DNA of 62,510 bases, counting the filler, from Polymyxa betae A26-41 (lineage: Eukaryota; Protista; Endomyxa: Phytomyxea), in assembly GCA_003693705.1 (NCBI GenBank). It is 4 parts of 4 records of this genome, joined end to end, with 100 filler letters (N's around TTAATTAATTAA, not from the genome) between each part and the next. Parts side by side here need not be neighbours in the genome. Positions count along the whole stretch, not along the records: positions 21,833 to 37,640 come from RBZT01000380.1; 3 more parts are not named here. One strand, given 5' to 3'. The position numbers and the translations under genes are program-made. Within the stretch, counting starts at the first letter, position 1; each line of letters starts with the position of its first letter. The notes under the pieces were generated by a model. That model was not told the origin of the DNA, made no database searches, and saw nothing but the letters and a program-made list of their open reading frames with translations. Positions 22,761 through 34,112 of the stretch are shown in pieces.

Positions 22761-25700
22761 AATATCCTCACTTTGAAAAGCATCAAACTTCTTTTTTCAA
22801 TACCGAACGGAGCGTTTGGGAAAATATACAGCCTAGCAGTGAATGATTTTGGTGAGGGCTTTCTGCTAAGCAGTATTCAAGGTGATGACTGCTTATCTGC
22901 TGGCATTGTTTCGTCGAAATGGTTTGCTAAGCACCTCGCTTCTTGGTCTGGCAAACGTTCAAGCAGGTTTGCCGAAGGGATCAGTTATCAGACTAGGTAA
23001 CGCTCAAGGGTCGAACGCCTCGTGACTTGTTTAACTGGTGTTTAATAGACTGGCCTCTCTGCTGGCAATTTATTTTTAATGCTTTCCATAGTCTTGACAG
23101 CAAGATCACAATAAAACCAATAATCGCCCTTTTGGATACCAGCTGCAAAATATCGCTGAAGAAGTACCTATTTAATTGCATGATTCGCCCATATTTTCTA
23201 TGTGAAACGGTCTTGATATTAGAATACCTCACTATCCCAATTCTGTCTCATTCTCTCTACTATCACTACTCTTGACCCAATCATCAGTAGAAGCCAGTCC
23301 TTGCAGTGATAACGCCCCCGTACCGGTCCCATCACACCCGACCCAGCCTCTGCATGATCAAGACTCGCCTATCTGTCTATACTTCTAGCAACATGCGTTC
23401 TGTGGGGGTCGTACAGGCTCAGTACCTGGCAAGTATTCGCATTATACAGGATTCTATCGCCTCTCTTGGTGATGCTGGCCCTGTTTCGTCTGCACGATTC
23501 GTTTGCGCCGCATTTACCGCTACATCTGGCTCGGCGGTCCAGTACGTCAATGGAAGCTGCAATCATATCCGGTGCGGGCAACAAGCCAAGGCAGGTGAGA
23601 TCCGTCTGCTCTACCATGTAACGAAAGGAGACGAATAGACCACATTACAGCTGGCACCGCCGACCAGGGAAACGTAACCGGAATGGACAGTGGGCCGAGA
23701 TGCGACCAAACCCTAACCGCTGATGCTCAATGACAGAGTGGTGCATAATATCATGACTTTCAGAGCCCGCGCCAATACTTGGTCAGATTGACCGTCTTCC
23801 TCGTTGGGCCAGTACGTCCACCCGATTCTGGTTGTCACAATATGGAGCGGATGCCGATTAGAGAGCCGCTCCTGTGATCTAAGTGCGGGCGGAGACCATC
23901 ACTGGTTCTGTCATGTCATGTGCGCCGTACGGAGTTACGGTATGGCTAGAGCCTAGAAGTGACATCAGCCGGGTTAGGGTTTTCGGGTTGGTGATGATGG
24001 CGAGAGCGATTTCAGTCAGGCAATCGGTCTGTATTTAGATAGATCAGTGTTTATTCCGGCAGCGATACTGTTGCGGTCGTGCTGGTCCGTGGATCGCGCT
24101 GTGCGAAACCGTTACAGATTGCTTAACTATCTCTGCATCTGTTACAGCAAACATCGCTGTTTAAAAGATGTTGGCTGCTCTAATCTGCTAACGTAATTGC
24201 TCCTTATATATGAAAGCAGTTACAATTCACCAAGTTGAGTTTCTTTCAAGCGAATGTTGAAACTTCAAATTGTGATCTTCGAGCATTTCTCGCGGACGAC
24301 GAAAACAGTTCCGCAATGTCTCCTTTAGAAACCTATCGGGAAACGATGAAAAACAGAGAAATATGTTTGATACCGTTTCGACGCCTCTGATTTGCTATCT
24401 GAGATGTGACATTCGACTCACAAAATCAGACCGAAACAAAACTTGATTTTGTGAGATCGTTTTCAAAATCGTGAAATCGAGTGCTGAGGAACACATTCCG
24501 TACAGCAAAAAGGCTACGCTGAAAATCGCTCACACGATTCCTTATTGAAATATTCTGCATTCCGATGAAAAGTTGTAAAGAAATTACAAACGATTTTTTT
24601 ATCAATGAAAGGCACGATGAACTTCTGCAACAGAATGAGAGGCGTATCATGGTCGGCTTAACCTGCAACCCCTTCTACTATCAGTTTACTATCATTGCAG
24701 GCATGATCCTAAGCGGAATCGAGCCCAAGAATGCAAAACAAAACATACTTTTTTGCAAAAATAACTGTTCAGACTCTGCTGCCAAATAAAAAGTTTGAAG
24801 AAGTTGAAAGGAAAAGGGCAAGATTAGTAAGTGATAGGCGTACAGAGAGGGACCAATTGTTAAGCAAGTTCGGTGGAAGGAACAAAGCTACAGAAAAGAC
24901 AAAGGCGGCCTGAATCCAGAAGCAGATCAGAATGGTGAGCTGAACAACGCTGAAAGATAAACAAACCGGGTACTATGATGGGCAAAAGATTGGATTGGAT
25001 TGGATTGCACTATTTGATCGCAGCTTTCGGCGAAAATCGAATTTGATCAAAAATGTTTGAATAAGTCGACTGTTGAAAACTGGTCAAAAATTCCGTGACG
25101 TACAAGGTTGGTCAAACCTTGGTAAAAATTCGAATATTTTTCAGAACATTATCAAATAATGATAAAATCCTCGTAGGCGCAACTGTTCAGTCTCTTTTAT
25201 CTGGATTGAGGGCCAGTATCCGCGGTAATAGCGAGATGTTGGATGTATTTCTGGGTCGAGGACGGGAAATGCCGTGATATTGTCGTCACTTTCGGATCTT
25301 TGAAACTACCTCCTTCTTGATCTATCATTAATGGGATTGGGCAGACCAGATTTCACCACATTATTGTGACATCTTCTTAATAGATTCTCGAAGACAGCAC
25401 GTCGCTTCAGCTTGCAGAAGTTGTTATACTCCGAGCTCGCTGCCAAATGTCGAACAATCTCACGATAGAACGCACTATATCAGTACAGGTTTGAGATGAT
25501 GGATCGCAGGAATTCTGTTTGACAGAGAGCTACTGCTCATGGTCCAGCTCAAGATGCTCCAAGTCCTCAGCTGCTCCTTGACGGTGTCCAGCACACTTGG
25601 TGAATGCATTTGTTAAGCAGCAAACGGCGGTTTTTTTCAGTCACAGTACCTGAATCATTGTACAGTAAATTAATCGTACTATTAAGAGCAATCTCATAAC

Positions 25701-25814
25701 TCTGTGACCGAGAGGTTTTTATTACACGACCATATAGTCCTGTAGGATCGAGCTGCTTAATACCAACTACCATCATAACGACCAAATATAGAGCATTTCT
25801 ATCCGCCAACAGCA

Positions 25815-26642
25815 ATGAGATATGCTCCTGTATGGGTGGTGCTGATAAGCGGCATCTATTCATTGGATTCAGCTCACAATAGCCCTACAGTCTATTTCAA
25901 CCTATCCGATCCATCTCAGAATTCCTTCAAAACGTATTTCAACATGACTGACGCTGAAATCACTATTCGTGTCGATCCGTTGGGTTCTCCAGCTGAATCG
26001 GATCTCCCATCAACAAACAGCTCTTCCGACCAATTGATGGGATGTACTGGCAGCTATTGCGGCTCTGGCTGTTGTAATATCGGGACTACATGCTGTTATG
26101 GGACATGGTGCTGCTCCAGCGGAACTTATTGCCGAACCAGCGGATGCAGGTTCTGCTATACCGGATATTCAATGTGTCCTTCTTATGATTATTGCTGTCA
26201 AACGGGCTACACTTGCTGTGGTAACAATTGGTGCTGTCCTCCAGGGTCGTATTGCGGCCTTGGTCAGAACTGTATCAGCAGCCTGACAGCCAACTGCAAT
26301 TCCGGATATTTCGCATGTTCAGATGGAGGTTGCTGCCAGAATGGAAAGACCTGCTGTGGCCAATATTGCTGTGCACCAGGAACAACCTGCAGCGCACAGA
26401 AAACCTGCCAAGCTGATTCGACTTCGGACTCTTCGACATCATGCGATGACGGCTATTATCAATGTTCGAGTGGAGGTTGCTGCCCGAATGCGAAGACCTG
26501 CTGCGGTGGCTCCTGGTGCTGCGGCAGCAGTTATTATTGCAGCGGTGGCCAATGTATAGCTACCTCAGATGCTGGAACGGTCTCAGCCTCCATGGTCCTG
26601 CTCTTCATTCTCACCGTCATTATCATTAACTGTATTGCATAA
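25815..26642 (+). CDS. Secreted/surface cysteine-rich repeat protein with a C-terminal hydrophobic (GPI or TM) anchor
   Basis: N-terminal hydrophobic segment; about four C..G...C..GCC..G.TCC...WCC..G.YC modules; C-terminal tail SASMVLLFILTVIIINCIA. Confidence 0.85.
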   Translation: MRYAPVWVVLISGIYSLDSAHNSPTVYFNLSDPSQNSFKTYFNMTDAEITIRVDPLGSPAESDLPSTNSSSDQLMGCTGSYCGSGCCNIGTTCCYGTWCCSSGTYCRTSGCRFCYTGYSMCPSYDYCCQTGYTCCGNNWCCPPGSYCGLGQNCISSLTANCNSGYFACSDGGCCQNGKTCCGQYCCAPGTTCSAQKTCQADSTSDSSTSCDDGYYQCSSGGCCPNAKTCCGGSWCCGSSYYCSGGQCIATSDAGTVSASMVLLFILTVIIINCIA

Positions 26643-28781
26643 AGTGTTCGGATTCAATCAACAAACGCAGTTGGGTCGGAAGAGTGGCCTTGACGTTCGC
26701 GAGGGAGAAAAAGAGACTGAGAAAGAGACAGTTAGTGAGTCAATTTTCACCCAGATGTTAGTGTAGAGACTCGAATTTTGTTGACGAAAATGTAACTGCC
26801 TCTTTCTCCACTGGATGTGAAATATGACCAGAAATTCGATAGAAGTTTTCATGCCCGAAAACCTCAACTGATTTTGTGGCTTCAATCTGGACATCAAGCA
26901 TTGTGCCAATCAAGACTTCACGCGAAACGACGATAACGATTCAACTAAGGCGAAGACTAGACCAGGGCGTGCAGAGTGCGATCGGCAAAAACGATCAATG
27001 TGGCGTTGCTTATTTACAGATGGGGTTTATCCAGGCTCTGGAGGAAGCTACACCTTACTCCAGAAGGCTGATTCTTTGAGTAACTTTGTGAAATTCTGTC
27101 GACAGGATATTCGAACAGAAATTTCCATTTGACGATTCTGGAAATTACTCCGTTAAGAATCGTTGCAGCTGCCTCATTGTTGGTGTGAGATCGGAGCTTT
27201 GCGGGAGAGGAGCACACGTTTGAGACGAGAAAGTGATGGTGATTATTGGATGCAGAGGGTGATATTCAACAGAAAGTCGTCGTTCTAGTCGCTATTGGTG
27301 GATAACGCCCAAAGTTTATATCGAGGGTTCTCAGTTCCACAAGATATAGGACACATTGGGATTGAAAACCATCCGGACATCGATCCAATATTGCGGCAAT
27401 ATTTGAAGGATTAACCGATTCCGCTGCTGCGTTCATTCTGAATCTCGAAAACGTGCCTGGGCCAAGATATTCATGAGAGATGTTTTCCAGTTGCATGTCA
27501 GATATGAGACCAATGAGAGTATTCATACAAGACTTCTTCAGCAATTATCTGGCAGTGGATTGCTCACAAATCCCGATCTATTCAAGGCTTTAGCCAGAAA
27601 TTGGAATTCGGTTAAATATCACCGATTATTTGGACCTAATCCCGGAATCGGTCGAACGTTCGAAATAATCGCTCCGTTTTTATCTCCGTGGAATACTGCC
27701 GCTTAGACAATGTCGCGAAAATATGGATATCTGACAATACGACCACGTTGTTGGCGATATTCTTTGAATTGCTTCCTGGGAAAGTCTGGCTTCAGGAGCA
27801 GTACGGCGCACCCTTCATGTTCAAAAAGGCGTTGAGGGAAAGGCAATTCTCAACATTTCGCATTCTATCCCAATATGCAACTTTCAGATATAGGTCAAAA
27901 GTAGGGTTTCCAAACGTTCTGTTGCAAACCGCGGTCCAGAACGGCGCTCCTCTCTATATCTCGACGTTCTGCATGATAGTTGCCCGAGTTGTCTTCGAAA
28001 TGGTGAATTTGATGATTTGGAATGCGAAGATGCCGATGTCAAGAGATACGTCCAAGACTTCAGTAGACACTCAGCGACCCTGTAAAATATCACGGATCGA
28101 ATAAATCTTGCTCTCATTTTGCTAAAGGAACAGCAATGTGCGTCATACGATGAGTGTGTGTAAGACTGTAACAGAAGAATATGTCCGTGACTTTGATTTT
28201 CCACATTGAGTTTTAAACTCAAAAACTGCGACGAAATGGTTGAAATCATCCCGAAAACTGCGTGGCGTCCATAGTCAATGGACATCAACAATTGATGACA
28301 GGCGGACATCAGGGCGATAGGAGCCGGGGCCGTACCGTCCAGGGCCTTGATCCTGAACCTATGAAGCGAATTTTCTGAGGCAGTGTCTTAAGCGCTTCTC
28401 CCAACCAGGCCCCAACGGCGCCCGCACCAATACCGTGCCAAACCCTAACCCAATATCCCACATCGGGCCAATTCAAGCAGTGAGGCATTCTTAGGGATTC
28501 GCGGTAATTTGTTCTGGTAGCTGTAAAGGCAAAACTGTGGTTGGCTCTACTGGCCCATCTGGATCAACGTTCTGCTTGGAGCACTTCTGGAGGGGACTGA
28601 GATATTACAGGCCGTGGATTGGGGCATTGGGCTGACAAATGGTGTCTATAAACCCTTTTTCTGAAATTTCTAAAACTGTCGAACTAAAGCAGTTCCGCTG
28701 TAGGGCGATCGCCAGTCGGTTACAGAAATGCTCTGATTGGCATTAACAGGTTAGGAGTTATCTGGTGAGAAGATCAACGAG

Positions 28782-29663
28782 GTGAAGGTCATGCTGAATG
28801 AGATCCGGAAGGTCCCATTCCCGCTCAATCTGAGCCAGGGCGTGTACGAGTCGGCCCTGCTGGCGGCGTCCGACGACGACTCCGATCTGGCCCGACAGTT
28901 TCGGTATTTCGCCCGCTTCAGCTCCGATCCGCATCTCGATTGGAATGGTCGCCTGGGATCCGAGGGCCACATCAACCTGCTGATCGTGGCCGCCGCCATC
29001 GGCGATCTCTCTTTCCTTGACATGCTTTTGGAACGGTTCGGCGGCGTCGTCTATGTCTACCTGGTCGTCTGTGAAGCCCTTCAACATCACCAGATCGAAT
29101 TCTACCTCTATTACGTTTCGATCTCCAGGCTCACCTGTATACTGAACGAGCCGTTCTCGTACCATATCGGGCTGTATACGTTCTGGGCTCAGAGCCGCTT
29201 CAACATCCTCCATCACGTACTGGTCCATCAACCGCGAATCGACCTGATCCGTTTTCTGTACGAGAACGTGATTCTCGGCTATCCGTCTGCGAACGATCTG
29301 CCCGACTATGGGAATGGAGGCGGTCGGAGTTCGATCGGGAACGCGACCGCATTGGTATCGTGCCATGATGGATATCCGGGTCTAACCCGAGCCGAACGTC
29401 ACGCCCTCTTCGCCCTCTTGATCGATAAGCACGCCCAGATGGCCCCGATCGTCGACTATTTCGTCCTGGAACAGGGGCTGCAATTCACACGCGAACACCT
29501 GGACATGGCAGCGACCAGGTCGGACGCGCGGCTCCACGAGTTCGTGTTGGCCCATCTGGAGCCGGATCCCGATCCGGAACCGGAGCAACCCCGCTGTTTC
29601 ATGAAATTGCGGCAGCTGTTTCGGTGTTCCTGCTTACAGCAGCTGTCTAAGAATCCGCTGTGA
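28782..29663 (+). CDS. Hypothetical protein with degenerate ankyrin-like helices; 5' end uncertain
   Basis: Long GC-rich ORF with LLIVAAAIGDLSFLDMLLERFG and HLDMAATRSDARLHEFVL. Possible acceptor CATTAACAG at ~28749. Confidence 0.55.
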   Translation: MKVMLNEIRKVPFPLNLSQGVYESALLAASDDDSDLARQFRYFARFSSDPHLDWNGRLGSEGHINLLIVAAAIGDLSFLDMLLERFGGVVYVYLVVCEALQHHQIEFYLYYVSISRLTCILNEPFSYHIGLYTFWAQSRFNILHHVLVHQPRIDLIRFLYENVILGYPSANDLPDYGNGGGRSSIGNATALVSCHDGYPGLTRAERHALFALLIDKHAQMAPIVDYFVLEQGLQFTREHLDMAATRSDARLHEFVLAHLEPDPDPEPEQPRCFMKLRQLFRCSCLQQLSKNPL

Positions 29664-30177
29664 TCGGATCTTTATAATTTTACTTTTTTATGTGGCGAAA
29701 CTCCATTCCGTTTGTTGTCAAATTCTGTCTGGGTCTTCGTTTCTGTCAGCGTGATCGTAATTATCACAATCATGAGGCGATTGTCGTCTTTAAGATCTTC
29801 CAGCGTGGCAGAATCCTGCTGAAGGGTGCTGTTTTGAGTATTTGTATAAAGAGTGTATGATGATAAACTCCGTCATATCAATTGGTTGCTAACTCCGAGT
29901 GGATCTCCTACACAATGATTTACATACAGTCCAGCGTTCTGTTTATATCAATCAGAGACATACAGAAAGGCAAATCTGATCGATGCAGATCACAGAGAAC
30001 TATCTTGGCGTGATTGGTATCGCCAGATTTCAGCAAACCCTAGCCCTCACAAAGTACAGTCAAAAAGGCGTCTTATTATCGCTGTGACGAGGTGAGTCCA
30101 CACAAGATCAATGGTAGAAACATTCGGCTTTTAAGGTTTATTTTAAGCCTCAGCATAGCTGGGTCCGAGAGCGGCCT

Positions 30178-31890
30178 ATGAGCACCGATATCAGTCTGGA
30201 TCTCGGCGGATCCGATCTGGCCTTCGATCTGATGGTCCAGTTCGGGAAGCTGCTCGTCGTTGGCACCGCTGCCGTCGTCCTGCCTGGAGTCGGCGGCCCT
30301 CTCGCCTCGGCGTTGTTGTCGATGATGCCCAAGATTCAGACGTCGCTGTCGCTGCTTGCTGGCACCTGTAAGAAGATGGATGGCATCAACGGCGCCGATC
30401 GAATCTGTCGCCGTCTGCAGGGGAAGATGGATGATATCGCGAAGCAGCTCGAGACCATGGCGAAAGGCGAACAGATCCCAGATAACGCTCAACTTGCGAT
30501 CGAGAAATTCCTTCAAGCTCTCGATGGAGCTAATCAGGTCATGGCTGTTTACGCCAAGAAGAATTCTGTGGCCAAAATGCTCACTTATAGACGTCTGCTG
30601 GATATATTGGAGGAATATCGCGACGATCTCGATCATGCGAATCAGATGCTGTTGAGATGTTATCAGGCCGAAAATCAATCGAGACAGAAACAGATTCTGG
30701 CCATGGTTGAAGATCAGAAACGCCAAGAGCGCGAGCAGATCGTTCGCGATATTGAAGACAACAAACGGTTCTGGCGCTCTTATGTCGATAGTCCCGGTCT
30801 AATGAAAGATATCCAGAGATTCAATGTGAACGTCTCCGAGGCCATGATCGTCGCTCAATATGAAGCCCATCGACATCCCGATTCGGTCTATCCGAATCTC
30901 CATGCGAGTCTCGTACGACAGACCAATCGTCGTTTGCATGCCGAACTGCCTTCCTGGTATTGCTCACCGGATGAGATCAAGATCGACCCGAAAGATCCCT
31001 TCGCTATGGGCTCCTATGGATCGGTGTATCACGCCATCTATAAACGATCCAAAGTGGTCGTGAAGCGCCTCGAGAAATCGCAATCAGATCCGTCTTTGAG
31101 ACAGCAATTCCTGCAAGAGATCACGATCTGGTCTCGATTACAACATCCGCATATTATCCCCTTCATCAAAGCCTGTAATACTGGACCCTATCCTTTCATC
31201 GTCTGTGAGAAAGGCACACACGGCACCATATTGAACTTTCTAAAGTCGAAGAAGGCGTCGAAGACCGCGCTGGAATTGATTCTCGAAGCCGGACAAGGTC
31301 TCGCCTATCTTCATGATCGCCGCATCGTCCATGGCGATATGAAGGGCGACAATATCCTCATCTCGGACGGCCCGATTGCGAAGATCGCCGATTTCGGCTG
31401 CAGTTTCGAGGCGAATTCCGCTCCTCTGGTGATAACGGGAGCGACGAGATGGCAGGCTCCGGAAGTCGTACAAGGCCGAGCTCCATCTGTATCAAGCGAT
31501 ATCTATTCCTTCGGCATGACCATGATCGAGATCTTCTCGGGGCGGCCTCCCTATCATCCCGACGTTCTCTCCGAGTCCGACGTCGTCAAGCGCATCGTCT
31601 CCGGAGCTCTTCCGAAACGTCCGGATTCGGTCAGCGATGCGATCTGGGCTCTGATCACGTCTATGTGTCATTCGGATCCCGATTCCAGGCCGTCCATGGA
31701 TAAGGTTCTCGATCATCTCGACCATCTGCTCCCCATCGCTTCCGACCCTGTTCGTTGTCTGCAATGCGGCGTCCGGTGTCAGGCGGAGAACACCTTCTGC
31801 GAATGTGGGCAAGCATTACCATCAACGTCGAGGCGATTCTCACAAATTCGGACACCCGAACCTGTTCGTAATTCGGGACTTCAGGTATGA
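30178..31890 (+). CDS. TKL-group protein kinase with an N-terminal MLKL-like four-helix bundle and a C-terminal zinc ribbon
   Basis: Kinase motifs AMGSYGSVY, VVVK, EI.IWSRLQHPHI, HGDMKGDNIL, DFG, WQAPE and SDIYSFG. Amphipathic helical N-terminus at about aa 35-160. C-terminal CLQCG...FCECG. Likely 5' UTR intron at 30091-30153. Confidence 0.9.
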   Translation: MSTDISLDLGGSDLAFDLMVQFGKLLVVGTAAVVLPGVGGPLASALLSMMPKIQTSLSLLAGTCKKMDGINGADRICRRLQGKMDDIAKQLETMAKGEQIPDNAQLAIEKFLQALDGANQVMAVYAKKNSVAKMLTYRRLLDILEEYRDDLDHANQMLLRCYQAENQSRQKQILAMVEDQKRQEREQIVRDIEDNKRFWRSYVDSPGLMKDIQRFNVNVSEAMIVAQYEAHRHPDSVYPNLHASLVRQTNRRLHAELPSWYCSPDEIKIDPKDPFAMGSYGSVYHAIYKRSKVVVKRLEKSQSDPSLRQQFLQEITIWSRLQHPHIIPFIKACNTGPYPFIVCEKGTHGTILNFLKSKKASKTALELILEAGQGLAYLHDRRIVHGDMKGDNILISDGPIAKIADFGCSFEANSAPLVITGATRWQAPEVVQGRAPSVSSDIYSFGMTMIEIFSGRPPYHPDVLSESDVVKRIVSGALPKRPDSVSDAIWALITSMCHSDPDSRPSMDKVLDHLDHLLPIASDPVRCLQCGVRCQAENTFCECGQALPSTSRRFSQIRTPEPVRNSGLQV

Positions 31891-32914
31891 TGGAAAGTTC
31901 AATCTATGAAGGTGATCGGAATGCTGTTAGGTTGAGAATCCCATTCGCGATAGCGTGAAGGTGCCTCCCGCTCCTGAAGCCTCTCCTCTATCAAAAAAGT
32001 CGTTTCCGAAGACGAAACAATATCATGTTGGAGGTGTGTCTCTACAGTATCATGGCGCTGAAATTAGTTAGGTTCTCGATCAAGATCGAAATTTTCAAAT
32101 TTGGGCGTCGTTTGGACGATCTGATGGTGCTGCATTCATGGAGCTTTCTATGAAGAATCGTGATTATGGTTCCATTGAGCGCTGTGCTCTTCAATTCAAC
32201 GACAACTTTATTGGGGTGATGCCCGCCGGTCCTGTTCAATTACGCGGACCCATTGCTCATGGTATTAACCTCTAACAACATTTTCCGGTATAACTATCAT
32301 TAGGCGCTTCGGGATCTGCGATTTTACAATTACAAGATGAAACTTCTTGCGTCAGGAAAGGGCGCCACGGTTTCGTTCAGATGGCCATCAAAACCAATCT
32401 GGGAATATCGTATTTCGTCTCGCCGTTTCCTCCTCATGTTTGTGATTCCGTCACAGCCTTCATATCACCATCTCAATTAACGGATTACAATTAGGTGCTG
32501 TTTGCAGAGAGTGGACACATTTCCCCGCAGAACTATTTCCCTAAATGGCAAAGTATCGATTCGTCTCATGAAAAGAAGATTCAAATTCCTGCAACATCGC
32601 CTGAGGCCTTCTGTGCCAAACTTTCTCCTATCAATGTTATTGCTATCTCCACGTATGGATCTTCTGGGTCTTGTAATGGTCATACTGACCTAGGGTTAGG
32701 GTTCAGAATCCAACCAAGGGACCGTCTGCTTACATGGCGTTGCGATTAAAGAAAATCGACATTCTCTTCGAAGCCGCTTTCTCGCAATCTGAGACATCGC
32801 TGACTTTCAAATCGTCCGATGATGCTCTCTCGACATGCGCTATGAAAGCTATCGAAGCCTTTCTCCAACAATGTGGTGATACCTGCGAATCTGTCGCCCA
32901 GAGCATCATCAAAG

Positions 32915-34112
32915 ATGGGTCAAATCTCTCATCTAAAATTGAACCAGGAGAGACTTCAACCATACAAAATCATCCAGCTGAAATCCGACCAAATCCAGGC
33001 ACTTCAATCAAGGTAGGAATATCCGAAGACCTGCTCTGGTCATAGATCACGCCCTTCCTTTCAGGAGATCTCTCTGCAGATCGCTCCGGAATCGCTCCCT
33101 GATGGGCGTACTGGCCCACCGACCACCAGTACGCCGCACGTTGAAACCCGTCCCGAATCCACACCAGGTCGCGTTTCTGTCTGGAAATCCGCTCGCCTCC
33201 TGATCCTGTTCTTTGATAGGCATTACGACGTCTTCAGAGAGCCCAGGCGATGCGCCGCCGTCTTCGCCCGATCAAAGCTCGAAGGCGGAGAAACCGGCCT
33301 CGAATCAGCCGGAATCGTCGGAGTCCGTTCCGGCACCGCAGGATCCCGCCGCGCGCTTCCAACAGCTCTGCGAACGTTACGATATCGGCGCCGAATTCTC
33401 CGTCAAGCTGCGTCTGCTGAGCGATTTCGAGATCGTCGTCGTGGCGGACGATTCCAGCTCCATGTCCAGCATACAGAAGAGCGACGATCCATTCGGTCCT
33501 ATTGAGAGCCGATGGGACGTCCTCAAGCGTTCTCTCTTCCAGATCATTGATATCGCTCTGCTATTTGACCAGAATGGAATCGACGTCTACTTTCTGAATC
33601 GAGCTGCTCTGGATCAGCAGAGGGCGATGGTCCTCAGGAATGTCACAGAACGAAAGACGATCGAAGAAGCGTTTGTATCGCCTCCAGCTGGATTCACGCC
33701 TCTTACACGGACTTTGAAACTCGTCCTGGATGAGAAGCGGACTGTTATCAAAGAGAAGAAGCTGCTCTTGATCGTCTGTACGGATGGAGAACCGACCGAT
33801 GAATTCGGGCGGGTCGATATCGACGCATTTCGTCGGTTGTTGTGTGATCGGGATCCGATCGATCATATCTATGTGAATGTGATGGCGTGTTCGGATGATC
33901 CAGGGACGATGGCGTATCTGGCGAAATTAGATCGACAGATCGCCAACCTCGATGTGATCTCCGATTATCGGAGCGAGAAGCGCGAGATCACGACCACGAG
34001 GCCGGGCGTCTCGTATTCGTATGGCGACCATATCGTGAAGACGCTGGTCGGAGCCATCGATCCGTCTCTCGATCAGCTCGATGAACGATGCTCGTGCTGT
34101 GCCGTACAATAG
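32915..34112 (+). CDS. von Willebrand factor A domain protein with a Pro/Ser-rich N-terminus and C-terminal CaaX; 5' exons tentative
   Basis: MIDAS motifs ADDSSSMS, GFTPL and VCTDGEP; ends CSCCAVQ. Clean intron at 33168-33219. The start at 32915 and a 33-nt intron at 33013-33045 are less sure. Confidence 0.85.

Noticed and set aside
23300-24020. GC-richer non-coding block, possible solo LTR
   Set aside because: No TG..CA boundaries with a matching TSD were found.
26990-28130. Fragmented coding-like sequence, possibly a decayed ankyrin-like paralogue; similar fragments at 37741-38310 and 48900-49560
   Set aside because: No reconstructable frame or diagnostic motif by eye.
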